This document shows positions 51,772 to 64,000 of a stretch of 64,000 bases of DNA, piece by piece. Numbering within the stretch: the stretch's first letter is position 1; the number at the start of each line of letters is the position of its first letter. The position numbers and the translations under genes were made by a program. The DNA comes from Pecten maximus (Eukaryota), in contig NC_047025.1 of the NCBI RefSeq assembly GCF_902652985.1, positions 33,108,001 through 33,172,000 of the forward strand, read 5' to 3'. Below the pieces are notes generated by a model. The model saw only the letters and a program-made list of their open reading frames with translations. It searched no databases and was not told the origin of the DNA.

Positions 51772-53225
51772 TTTTTAGCTCACCGGTTACTAGTAACCAA
51801 GAGCTAATGCTGTCACCCCGGCGTCCACGTCTTCGTCCCACCCCAAAACTTTAAAGTTTTTGGAGTAAGTTTTTGGAAAGTTTGTAAGTCCAAAAGTATA
51901 CACCTCATGCCCTTCTAAATTGGTTCATACATTCATTAGAGGTCTAGGAATGATGTTATGGCAAAATCATGCAGAAAAAAATTGTGATTTTACCATTTTG
52001 TGGACTTAACTTTTTTGGCACCAAAACTCACTTTTTCAAGTTTTGGGGGTAAGTCCAAAAGTACATTGTATACACCTATCACCCTTCTAATTTGGTTTAT
52101 ACATTCATTAGAGATCATCCAGGAGTGATGCTGTGGCAAATCATGCAGAAAAAAATTGGCATTTGGCATTTTACTATTTAGTGGACTTACTTTTTTTGAC
52201 ACAAAAACTCACTTTAAAGATTTTGGGGGTTAGTTTTGAAAAGCTTGTAAGTCCACACCCTTCTTATTTGGTTTATACATCCATTAGAGGTCTAGGAGCG
52301 ATATTATGTGACATACAATTTCAAAATGACATGCTTATGCATACAAAAAAAAAATGAATGCATAGTGTGATTGCTGCCATCGTCCCTCAACATTTTCTTT
52401 AAATTGCTACTTGTCCTAATTATTTCAATGGATTCTCACCAATGGATTCTCACCAAATTTGGTCAGGAACATCCTTGGGGGAAGGGGAACAGAGTTTGTA
52501 TACATTTTTACTCTGAACCCTTAGGGGCCTGAGGGGCGGGGCAAAATGGGGAAAATAGAGATTAGTCTTTAAACCGCTGCTAGTCATAAAGATACTTTAA
52601 CCAAATGTGGTCAGGAACATCCATGGGAGAAGGGGAACAGAGTTTGTAAAAAAAAATTACTCTGAACCTCCAGGAGCCTGAGGGGCAGGGCCCAATAGGA
52701 AAAATAGGGGTTAATCCTTTAAATCGCTACTAGTCATAAAGTTATGAACGGATTTGAACCCAATTTGGTCAGAAACATCCTGGGGAAGGGGAACAGATTT
52801 TGCGTAAAGGGTGACTGATCCACAAGGGGCTAAAGGGATTGGGCCCAAATTGGGAAATAGAGGTAATTTCTTTAAATCTCTACTTGTCATAAAGTTATGA
52901 ATGGATTTGAACCCAATTTGGTCAGAAACATCCTTTGGGAAAGGGGAACAGATTTCGCATAAATGGTTACTGTGACCCTCTATTCCATAACCATGTATAG
53001 CATCGCTGGACGTTAACGGATAAACACAAAAAATAGGCCCAAGGCTCTATATCCACCCTAAGTGACTTAGTTTCTTTAAACACAATCATATGGTAAAAAT
53101 AATCCGGAGGGTCTTTTTTTAGTCCCTTAAAGAGTATATGTATTAACAAATTGAACATGGACATTATTTTGACATTTGGTCAAGTCCAACCAGGTTAGCG
53201 ATACAGACCCCATGGGCCTCTTGTT
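51772..53225 (+). mobile_element. Complete non-autonomous Helentron/HINE (pearl-like) element carrying two types of internal satellite-like repeats
   Basis: 5' tttttagctcaccggttac-ta-gtaaccaagagc hairpin. Internal ~170-bp units (51850-52300) and ~158-bp units (52400-52980). 3' caggttagcgatacagaccccatgggcctcttgtt (sub-TIR + short hairpin). Confidence 0.78.
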
Positions 53226-53749
53226 CTTCACATATTTACCATGTAAGTAAATGATTGCCAATTTCAATTGACCGATGAGATTCTATAAGACATATATTCG
53301 AGTGAATATTAATGATTTTTGTTTCACCTGCCACGACAAGTCACCAGAGTGAGATTGGTATTACTGCAGTGGCATCAATATTTTTCTTTGAACATTTTAA
53401 AGATCTATTGGGCAAAAAGTCTTACTTTAACAAAACTTGGTAAAAGTTAGATAAAATAGTGGACATTTCAACCCTTCCATCATTTGTGGAATATTTTTGC
53501 GCTAATACTGGAAAACTTGGTTGTATTGAAGTTTTGTACTGTTTACTTCAGTTTCTAAGAAAGTACCAGTGTGGATTCAGCCAAACCTGGAATATACATT
53601 GTACTTGTACTGTAGTTCCACCGTAAAGGCTGTGTATATTTTGGTATATCTAAAATTCTCAGGTTTGAGAAATGAGATCTTTATTTCTCCTCTGCTTGGC
53701 TTTTTGACCAGTAGATTAGTTGACAGTTAAATAGGATTAATATCTGAAT

Positions 53750-54965
53750 TTCTAGCTACACTGGTCCAAAGGACTAGTGTAAGCTTATGCCACACGGTGG
53801 CATCTGTCATCTATTCATGAATGAACATTTTAATAAAAATGACTTATTAATTGGATTATGATTTAACCTTATTTGACTGGAAGCACCTATAAGTGGTGGA
53901 GATTCAAAAAGCTACAAATGGTGGGTTTGAGGGGCAGTGCCAAATGGGAGTAATTTGGCTATATATAGATCTATGAATGACTTCTCTGGAGCTGAGCGAC
54001 CCATATCACCAAGCATCCCTAGGTGGTGGGGATTCTAAAGCTACAAATGGTGGGGCTGAGGAGCAGGGGCATTTTGACTATAGTGCTATAAATAACTTTT
54101 CTGGAACGAAGCAATAGATATTGCTCATATTTTACTAGTCATATCCCTAGGTGGTGGGGATTCTAAAGCTACAAATGGCGGGGCTGAGGAGCAGGGGCAT
54201 TTTGACTATATTGCTATAAATAACTTTTCTGGAACGAAGCGATAGATATTGCTCATATTTTACTGGTCACATCCCTAGGTGGTGGGGATTTAAACCTACA
54301 AATTATGGGGCTAACTCCCAGGGGGATGTGGGGCAGAGCCCAAAGGGACAATTTAGCTACGATTTGTTATAAACGACTTCTTGTATTTGTGAAACCATTG
54401 GAGAGTCCCACCCCTTAACCATATATATAGCATTGCTGGGCACCAAGAGATACACACAATCTTGGTGTAAAAATAGGCTTCGGGTCTTTCTTCACCCCTT
54501 TAGGACTTAGTTTCTTCGTTGTATTTTTGAAACTATTCAGATCCTCACTCAATAACTATAATTATAGCATTTCTTAAGACTTACCAGTAGTTTCTTGGTT
54601 TTATTTTTAAAGCCACTGAGATCCCCTCTCTATAGCCATATATACACAATCCTGATGTAAAAATAGGCCCATGCGTCTTTCCCCTTCCCAAGGGACTTAG
54701 TTTCTTTAAAACTGTAGAAGGGACTTAGTTTCTTTAAAACTGTAGAAGGGACTTAGTTTCTTTAAAACTATCATGTAAAAACGATCCCTAGGGAGTCTGG
54801 ACTTCGTTTTTGGGTTCTGTCTTTAAAGCAGTTGAGATTCCCACCCCATAACCATCTATACCATTGTTTGACATCAACAAAGAAAACTAGATAACGAATT
54901 GAACATTAGCATTGTTTTGACGTGTGGTCAAATCCAATCAGGTGAGCCATACTGGGCCTCTTGTT
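53750..54965 (+). mobile_element. Second Helentron/HINE-like element with ~128-bp internal repeats
   Basis: 5' tagctacactggtcc-aaa-ggactagtgtaagc hairpin. Repeats atccctaggtggtggggattctaaagctacaaatgg. 3' caggtgagccatactgggcctcttgtt. Confidence 0.72.
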
Positions 54966-55619
54966 CTAATTTTAAAGAAGATTGATTTTTATGTCATTTG
55001 ACCCAAAGGGAATCATTGTTCTTCGTCCATTGTCATCCTCCGTGCGTACACACATTTCCAACTTCCTCTCATGTTTCTCCAGTGGGATTCAGCTATAACT
55101 TACAATTATCTGAGATTGTCCTGGCAGTGTTGCTATTTTTGGGATTGATCGGATATCCAAGATGGCTGCCATACCTGTCATCTTGAAAAACACATTTCAA
55201 ACTTCTTTACCTGTTCCATTGGTATGATAGAGCTGAAAATTGGTAGGAATGTTAATGAAGGGAAGCCAACAAAGTTTTGCAATTTTTTGGCCCTGTAAAA
55301 ACTTTGACATGGCAGCCACAGCGGCCATTTTGTAACATGATTGCACAAGCATAGTTTTCCTTAACAACACTTCAAACGTCTCAAGTTCCACCAGCGAGTG
55401 TGATGCAGCTCTTACTTACCTAAAATGATACCGAGATGATCCTGACCAAGTGTTATTCTTTGGTCGGTCCGAAATTAAAGATGGTCGACATACTTGCTAC
55501 TGAGTATTTTTCTACGATAGTAAAATGGGCGTTAGAGTCATTTTTTTGTTTTGTTTTCTTAAGAGAATTAGTGATTTTGCAAAATTTCCAACACATCAAT
55601 ATTTACAGGTCAATGCTAT

Positions 55620-55806
55620 AAGCTGTTGGTAACCCACGATAGTCCCGTTATGTGTACATCTCTTCACTAACCAAGATAAGAAACAGTACAAACCGGTTAT
55701 GAGGAAGGAAAGACAAATTTATGACTCGTGCCCTGACCGGGTCTCGAACTCACGATCTATACGGCACCCAATCGCCTAGCCAGAAATACCACTGCGCCAC
55801 ATCGGC
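55620..55806 (-). mobile_element. tRNA-derived SINE of a second family (head and partial body)
   Basis: Minus strand GCCGATGTGGCGCAGTGG (A box)...GTGAGTTCGAGACCCGG (B box), followed by a non-tRNA body. Confidence 0.65.
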
Positions 55807-56474
55807 GTTCTTAAAAAGGAACGTTTCAATGGCGCAGTGATAGTCGGCCCGAATATTTCGACATGGTCGTTGTGGAAGTAGTCTATTAGATGATATGAAT
55901 ACCTGGATCGCAATGTATATTTACATAAAATGTACATGGATGCGAATTGTACACATACCATAAATATTCATCACTGTACAACTACGACAGGAAATTCAAA
56001 TCTTTACCTTCGAATCACTAACACATATATATTGTGCTAATTATTGATATATACCACAGTAACACAACTGACGAAGATTTATAATGGGTTCTATAAAAGG
56101 CATTGAGACCCTTAAACACCGCTGACCAGTGTATAGATACTGAAGGGGGTTATGTTAAAAAATAATACAATATGTCCGGCAAGATTCAAATCCTTCAATA
56201 GGAGACTCGCAACTTATCAATCAACATATCGTCATGTAAACACATACAGAAATAGAGTATTTCCGAACGAGATGATCTACCTATCCGCATTTCTCCAAAC
56301 CTTGTAAGTTTTCCGTAAACAGTCGGTATCTGTCACGGAAATCTTGATAACGGGAACAAGCTAGTTGATAGTCCGTCCTGTCGATGTGGACATAGTATAT
56401 ATAAAGGACGGAAAATAAGTTATATGTATAAATGTATAACGGATAGGACATTGATAAGTTACATGTATAATTGT

Positions 56475-59400
56475 TTGTTTGTTTGTTTATGTTTTACGGC
56501 CCATCGACAACTAGGGTCATTTAGGGCCAAACAATATATTATCGCATTTCTAAAGTTAAAATCAGATAAAATTTGTCCTTTTTAAAAGCATTCGTGTTGT
56601 ATATTTACATCATTATGATAAAAAAGTTGGTTAAAAATGTTAAAGTATATATACAAAATGTATGTACAAATAAATTATGTAAACTTTGTGATATCAATGG
56701 AACGTCAAAGAGTAACGTAAAAGACATCAAAGTCCATATAATAGAATAGATCGATTTCTTTCAAGTAGCTAAATATTGTTTTCGAATCCACGGAACTGAA
56801 AGGGGTTTTCATATCCGGGACTCGAAAGTATTTATCACGAATGTGCTTGAAATCGGAACATTCTATTAAAAAATGCTCCACTGTGAATTGAGCATCACAT
56901 GCATAGCACACCGGTGGATCCTCTCGTTTCAAAAGGAACGAATGAGTAGGATATGTGTGCCCGGTACGGAGCCGAGAGAGGACGATTTCCTCTCTACGAT
57001 CCTCCGACTTGGTTTTGATGTTTTAAGTTTTGGTTGTACTTTAAAAAGTTTGTTGCTCGTCTCTAGAGACCAGCGTTGCTGCCATTTACTCTGGATGGCA
57101 GAACTAATTATAGGTTTGAAATCTGTATATGGTATTTTGATATTTGTTTGTTGCAGATTTAAAGCATGTTTTGCTTGGCAGTCAACAATTTCGTTGCCTT
57201 TAATTCCGACATGGCTCGGAATCCAAAGTATTTATTCAAAATACGAGATATTCGAAAGACAAGATTTTGTATGAGTATATTTTTAGGGTCTCGTAATTGT
57301 AAACTCTGAAGGAAAGACAGAGAGTCAGAACAAATAATTGCCTTTCTGATGCGTTGTTCATCGATATGGTCGAGGGCCAAATCGATGGCGCATGCTTCAG
57401 CAGAGAAAATGGAGGCGCCATCTGGTAAACGGATTGAAGAACAATGGTGATCGGTATAGCATGCTGCTGATACCTTCTCATCATCTTTTGAGCCATCAGT
57501 GTAGATCTGAACATGATCAAGAAAATCTGCAATGCACTCCCGAAAGGAAGATTTGTGCTTTTCGGGTAATACACTCGACTTTGCCCTCTCATGTAGAGTA
57601 AGGTTAATATCAGGTGTTTCGACAAGCCACGGTGGTACATCAGTTACGGTGTATTCGCCTATGTTGTCTAAACTGATGTTAAGTTCCGGAAGAAAGTTAG
57701 AAACTCTGCCAAACGTTGGTAATAGTTTTTGGTTTTGAATAAATATGTTTTGGTATTGCGGATTGACAACAAAGTCAAAAGTCGGATTTTTCGGGTTGGA
57801 TTTCAATTGGGCGGCATATTGAAGAGAAAGTTTTTTCCTTCTGTCATTTAAGGATGGTTCATTTGCCTCTACATAAAGGTTTATATGTGTAACAAAGGAG
57901 AGTCTCGAATCAAAAATTAGTCCGAGGAATTTAGTCTGCTCGACAACTGGAATTTTGATGCCATTTAATGTTAGATCTGGATCATTATGTGGTTTTCGTT
58001 TTTGGCAGAAGTGCATGCAGACAGTTTTTGATCTGGAGAATTTAAAGCCGTTTTCATCTGCCCATGTTTGTAATTTGCCTAAACATTGTTGAAGTTGTCG
58101 TTCTATCGTGTGCATGTTCTTTGACCTATAGCAGATAAGAAGTCATCGACGAATAGAGACCCTTCAGTTGACCTACCGATACATTTAGTTATACTGTTGA
58201 TTTTCAGACCGAAAAGTGTTACGGCAAGGATCCCACCTTGAGGGAGTCCCATTTCCTGTTTGGCTGTTTCAGAATAAGTTGAACCTACGCGAACTTTAAA
58301 TGTCTGTCAGATATGTAATTTGAAATGAATTTTGGGAGATTCCCACGTACACCAATTTCATGCAGGTCTTTCATAATACCATATTGCCATGTAGTATCGT
58401 ATGCCTTTTCCAGATAAAAAAAACCACAGCGACAAGATGCTCCTTCTTCGCGAAAGCTTCTTGAATGAAGGTTTCTAATCTGACCAGATGGTCTACCGTT
58501 CCTCTGCGGTTTCTGAATCCACTTTGGAGTGGACTCAAAATATAGTTAGATTCAAGGAACCAAACTAGTCTAGTGTTTATCATTTGTTCAAGTGTTTTGC
58601 ATATGCAGCTCGTTAGAGAGATTGGACGATAATTATTTGGTTCAGTGGTGTCCTTACCAGGTTTTGGAATTGGAATAATTGTAGATTCCTTCCAAGAATT
58701 CCAGATTCGTAGACTTCATTAAAAGGATGATTCCGGTAGATGTTTCAGGAATTGGTACGGAATTTCATCTGGCCCAGCTGCGGAATCTTGTGATTTGTTT
58801 AAGGATTCAAGCAACTCTGGGAGATCGAATGGTTTATTGTAACTTTCTGTGTTGGAGGATTTAAAATTAAGGCGTTTCTTTTTTTTTCTCTTTTTTTAAA
58901 TCTTTGAAATTTTTGCGAGTGGTTTTTGGCTGATGAGTTTTGGGCTATATTTTTGGCGAATACATTTGCAATTTCTGATTTAGAAGAGAAAAATTGTTTT
59001 TTATTGATAAGATGGGATGATGGTGCCATTTTTCTTTTTCCACTTATTTTTTGCAATTGATCCCATACCTTTTTAGATGATGTGTTTGAAGATATTTTAG
59101 AAACGTATTCCTTCCGGCTATTCTTTTTATCGGATTTGATAGATCGCCGAACCTTTGCCCTCTAAATTTTGAGATTATTATAATTTTCAACAGTTGGGGA
59201 AGTCAAAAATCGTCTTAGAGCTGCCTTTCGGCCGGATCTATTAATAAAAGATTCTTCAGATAAAAGAAACTTTGTAGGTTTTGGAACGGACTTTGGTATA
59301 GTTTTTTCGCTAATAGAAGTAAGCGTTTCGGGGAATGTTTTAATTGAATCATCGAGGTTTGTAAGTTTTTCTACAGTAAGCTCCTCGTTGCACATGTGTT

Positions 59401-62336
59401 GGAATTGGGCCCAATCCGCTTTGTGTATATTCCATCGAGAAAGCGGTTTATCAAGAGGAGTCCCAATATTATTTAGAAAAATAGGGAAGTGGTCACTCCC
59501 ACATAAATCATTATTAACCTTCCAGTCATAATCGAGAAAAATGGAGGGATGGCATAGTGATAGGTCGATATGGGTACGAGAGCCTGTAGCAGGGTGTAAA
59601 TATGTTGGTGTGTTATTGTTAAAAAGGCACAAGTTGTTTTTATCTATAAATTCCTCAATACGTCTTCCTCTCTCGTCTGTGTTCGGAGAGCCCCACAGGC
59701 TGTTATGCCCATTAAAATCTCCGAGAATTATGTATGGTGTTGGGAGTTGGGAGACGAGGTTATTCAGTTGCTCACTAGTGAAAGCAACACTTGGAGGAAG
59801 ATAAATTAAATAGACAGTTACTTGTCTGTGTAAAGTTGCACATACAGTGACAGCCTGTTTTGTGTTTAACGTAATGATTCTGTGAGGAATATTCTTATTG
59901 ACAGCCACAGCTGCGCCACCTGCTGCCCTGATTCCTATAGCTGTGGTGCTTTTACAAAGCCAGAAATTTCTAAGAGTTATTGGGGTTTTTTAACATGACC
60001 TCCTGTAGGCAAAATAAGGCAGGTCTAAACTCTTTCGATAAATTTTGAAACTCTTCTATATTTGCCCGTAGTCCGCGTATATTCCATTGTATGTTCTGGT
60101 TCATGCTGGTCGTTCTTTGGACTGACAAGGCTGCCCGGTGTAGGCTGTCTAGTAACAGCAACGTTGGTGATGTGCTGTTCACTGTCTTCCATAAGAACGC
60201 CATACCTGTTGTAGCCAAGGATAGAGTCATCTGAACCCTTGGCCGGTTTGTTGTTTAGGGAAAGATGCCTATTGATCCGTACCCTAGATTTTGGTGTTCT
60301 TTGGTCTTGAGGGGGTGTAGTGGCAGGTCGTTTGGTAATTCGGGAGGTGTCGACCGACGGCTGTGAAAGAGTTCGTCGTCTATGGTGTTCGGCACCTGCC
60401 TTAGATTTCCGTGCGTTTGTGGTGGTGTTTGTTTTCGATGGCGGTGGTTCGATTGGTGGTGGTGTGTGTTTTATGGGTTTTGAAGGCTCTGGAGGTTTCG
60501 GGGTGGCACTCCAGCGTGAGGCTCTCCCAATTAACTGTTTGTGTTTTGGCTGATTTGCCATCTCGGGGGCATCTGGACCCCAGGCAGACTGGTCCTCAAA
60601 TGCTTGGATAGAGGCATCCTTTACCGAGATGGCACCTGCTGTCGACTTTATAACGATTGTGGCAAATGTGGGGCTTGTGCTGTCCTTGCTCTCCTGGCTT
60701 CAGGAAAGGAAATATTCTCGGTATATTTCACCCGGAGTACCTCCCTCTCCTTCTTCCAGGCAGGACAGTCTCGAGATGAGGCCGCATGGTCACCCTGGCA
60801 GTTTATGCAACGTTTAAATAAGTACCAGTTCTATTTGTCGTTAACAGTTTATTCCCCGTGAGACAATGACCACAGTCATCAGTAAATAAACAATGTTACA
60901 ATCAATTACATAAGTTCAAACAATAGATGTGCACATCGTTAACACAAAGGAATGGGGAACATTAAACAGAATGAAACAGATCAACCTAATAACGTACCTA
61001 TCAGTCCATACATCTAATCTGTGTATTACAGATCTAACACATGTCATATGTTTCAGTAGGGCGGATGTTATCTACATCCTCATAATAACCGAAACCGGCA
61101 CGCTAGTGCGATCCGGAAAATAAGACAATACAGTCAAAGGGCGATAATCCTCTAACGTTTGCCAACAATGTTGCATTGGTCGTTGTCTGTGTGGCCTTCA
61201 CGTCCACAGTGTTCGCAGACAGTGTTCCGTCCATATCTGTCCTCGTGATGTCCGTACTTTTGACAGTTACGGCACCGCAGAGGGGTTGGGATGTAGGCGG
61301 AGACACCGTACCTCTGGTAACCTATTGTTACCGTCTGAGGTAGCTGCGGCACTCCGAACGTGAGAATGAATGTGCTTGTGATGATGAATTTGCCATTTCG
61401 TCTGGAACGGATCCGCCTAACCTCTGAGACATGGATGTTCTCGACATGCTGGAAGTACTCCAGTATGTCGGCCTCGGAGTCGTTCTTCAATGCGGGGCAC
61501 CTGATTACTCCCTTTGAAGAATTCAGGGAAGCGTGAGGCTTCACCTCGACATTGAGACTGGCAAAACTGGAAGTACCCATGAGGTTCACCGCCTGTTGAC
61601 GGCGGTAAACCTCAATGAGGAGAACACCAGATCTCATTGGCTTGGCGGACTTCACCTCGCCCGCTATTCCCTGAATTCCCTTCCTCAACAGGATAGGTTT
61701 TCTTTCCCTTATCTCTGGAGGACATGGTGAGGAAATGAGGGAACAACGGAGAGGCTCCAGTTCCAGATGTAGTTTTACTTGCAGTTTGGATTTGATTTGG
61801 TATTGTTTTTGTTTGCTGTGTGTCTGTTGTGTTTGATGACTCGCCTTTGCGTTTTGTGTCATTTTTATCGTTTGTACCCATATGTATGTAGAAATTGTTC
61901 ACTATTTTTGTCCCCACCCACCACGGAGCCCAACTTGGAGACACTTTTGTTGGCACGGGTTTCCAGTGTCGGAAGTGTCAGGGTTACATCAAATAGTATA
62001 CTCGAAAGAGAAAGCAGCAGTTTGGTTCTCTCACGATTGCTCCTAAGCCACTGTCGTCTGGAGACGTGACCAGCCGATTGAAAATAAAGGGACCATATTG
62101 CCACCCGTCTAGCCCGAGTCTGAAGCCAAAGTCGTGTGTTACAGACTGGCATGATTCATAATCAACATCCAAACTACTCAATCACTTAGATTACTTTTGG
62201 TCTGGTTCCTCAACTTTGACCTCTCTGGCATGGTAGGACCTATCTAGAGCTTATGAAGCTCTGGCCAGCCAAGCCCAAAGTTTCATTGAAACACTCAAGC
62301 TTCCAGACCACGGCAAGGTAGTAATCCTCCCGGAAG
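56475..62336 (-). mobile_element. Full-length degenerate I-group (Nimb-like) LINE: ORF1 (CCHC gag-like) + ORF2 (APE, RT, RNase H, CCHC)
   Basis: ORF1 from ATG ~61881 (PLRCRNCQKYGH, CEHCGREGH, CINCQGDH..C). ORF2: IQWNIRGL, LGDFNGH, GSDHFPI (APE); QSGFR and RT remnants; YTDGSK, FSAEA, ICSDSLS (RNase H); CYAC..TVEHFLIEC. (AAAC)n tail. 11-bp direct repeat TGTATAATTGT at 56464-56474 and 62337-62347. Many frameshifts and stops. Confidence 0.92.
60816..61153. mobile_element. 338-bp non-coding insertion nested in LINE ORF1, flanked by AACGTTT direct repeats
   Basis: ORF1 reads ...NIVGKR / CINCQGDH across the insertion. AACGTTT at 60809-60815 and 61154-61160. Confidence 0.75.
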
Positions 62337-62518
62337 TGTATAATTGTATTATGGAGAGGACATTGTTAGGTTGTGAAAACTTGCCCCCAATCCTTTTGTT
62401 TATTTGTTTGCAATAAATTTTATTTAAATTCAATTCAAATTACTTTTTACTAGGGTCTACTGCAAGGGTTTTCCATTAAATGCGTTTTGGTTGCTTAAAT
62501 ATACATGTTACCTCACTT

Positions 62519-62895
62519 CCGCCCCGTCCCCACCTCCACTCCGTCCCCACCTCCAACCCGTCCCCTCCCCGCCCCGTCCCCACCTCCACCCCGTCACCTT
62601 CGCCCCGTCCCCACCTAAACCTCGTCCCCACCACCACCCCGTCCCCACCTCCGCCCCGTCCCAACCTCCACCTCGTCCCCACCTACACCTCCACCCCGTC
62701 ACCTTCGCCCCGTCCCCACCTCCACCCCGTCACCTTCGCCACGTCCCCACCTCCACCCCGTCCCCCCTCACCTCGTCCCGACCTCGAACCTGTCCCCACA
62801 CCACCCCGTCCCCAGTCCCCACCCCGTCCCCACCTCCACCTCGTCCCCAGTCCCCACCTCCGCCCCGTCCCCACCTCCACCCCGTCCCCACCTTC
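62519..62895. repeat. C-rich simple repeat (ccccgtccccacctcca-like); G-rich on the minus strand
   Basis: Dozens of CCCC tracts separated by 1-7 nt. Confidence 0.9.
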
Positions 62896-63289
62896 GCCTA
62901 ACTTTGTAAAAGACAGATGCGGGTTTATAATTCAGTAGCTAGGTACACATTTTTAATCATAATTGTGTTTTGACTATACATTCAAATATTGAGTTTTCTT
63001 CAAGAAATAACATATGCTACAGTTCTACGAAACGTTGCATGAATATGAATTAATTTCATAACAATGAGAGCTAAATAGCTCATATAAGGTAATAATGGGT
63101 CCCCTTGAGATTATTTAAATATCGTTAATTACTGCTCGAAAAATACAGCCAGATGGAAAGTACATTGCCTATTGATATTATTTTTTACTAGAAAATACTG
63201 AGAACTTGTATCAGACCACTCAGAAAGCCAACTTATTATTGACAAGTCATGCGACAGTATTTTTGCCTATCAGCCCCAATAACATCAGT

Positions 63290-64000
63290 CTTGACTTGTA
63301 TGTATGATAGCTTGTAGACTTCCGTGTAGACTTGTGTATAGACTTGTATGTATGACAGCGTGTAGACTTCCGTGTAGACTTGTCTACTTGTTATGTGTAG
63401 ACTAGGGTGTGTACAATTATGTATAGCCTTGTATGTATTGACCTGTGTTTAGATTTGCTTGTATAAAGCCTTGTGTGTAGACTCTTGTATAGACTTGTGT
63501 ATTGATCTGTGTGTAGACTTGTGCATATACCTGTGTGTAAACTTGTGTATAGTCTTAAGACTTGCGTGTAGACCTGTGTATAGACCTGTGTGAAGACTTG
63601 TGTAAAGACTTGTGTGTATACTTGTGTATAGACTTGTGTGTAGACTTGTGTGTAGACTTGTGTATTGATCTGTGTGTAGACTTGTGTATTGATCTGTGTG
63701 TAGACTTGTGCATAGACCTGTGTGTAAACTTGTGTATAGTCTTAAGACTTGCGTGTAGACCTGTGTGTAAACTTGTGTATAGTCTTAAGACTTGCGTGAA
63801 TACCTGTGTGTAAACTTGTTTATAGTCTTAAGACTTGTGTGTAAACTTGTGTAGACTTGTGTATAGACTTGTGTATTGATCTGTGTGTAGACTTGTGTGT
63901 AGACTTATGCGTAGACTTATGTATAGACCTGTGTGTAAACTTGTGTATAGACTTGTGTATAGACCTGTGTGTAAACTTGTGTATAGACTTGTGTATAGAC
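63290..64000. repeat. 12-bp satellite (agacttgtgt[g/a]t), runs off the window end
   Basis: Degenerate 12-mer periodicity. It produces the spurious DLCV/DLCI ORF. Confidence 0.92.

Noticed and set aside
62476-62938. Pro/His-rich and Gly/Arg-rich ORFs (extensin-like)
   Set aside because: Open in most frames because the simple C-rich repeat lacks stop codons.
63562-63813. Cys-rich (DLCV)n ORF
   Set aside because: Translation of the 12-bp satellite.

Overview
AT-rich eukaryotic (animal) genomic DNA with spliceosomal introns. The repeat families (tRNA-head V-domain SINE, 'ttagctcacc' Helentron/pearl-like elements) suggest a bivalve mollusc, possibly a scallop (inference). There are four protein-coding genes: (1) the terminal coding exon of an OSGIN1/2-like flavin oxidoreductase (+, 224-1250); (2) a complete 5-exon BLOC1S4/cappuccino gene (-, 16249-11405, 201 aa); (3) a C2H2 zinc-finger gene with two coding exons (-, 21887-18783, ~891 aa); (4) a ~2450-aa NuMA/Mud spindle protein gene (+, 30545-48603/51049) with a 4-kb coiled-coil exon containing an 11 x 96-bp repeat, two candidate promoters and candidate alternative C-termini. 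Mobile DNA includes a decayed Gypsy element (LTR + tRNA-Leu PBS + gag-pro) in a BLOC1S4 intron, a full-length degenerate I/Nimb-type LINE with an 11-bp TSD and a nested insertion, CR1-type fragments, SINEs whose 3' stem-loop covaries with that of the LINE, Helentron-like satellite carriers, P-like MITEs, and a 33-bp probable P-type excision footprint. Several mini/microsatellites are present. I found no prokaryotic system or CRISPR array, and no convincing wholly new gene system. The most notable observations concern transposon mechanics and NuMA gene architecture. All gene and family assignments are from manual reading, not database searches.
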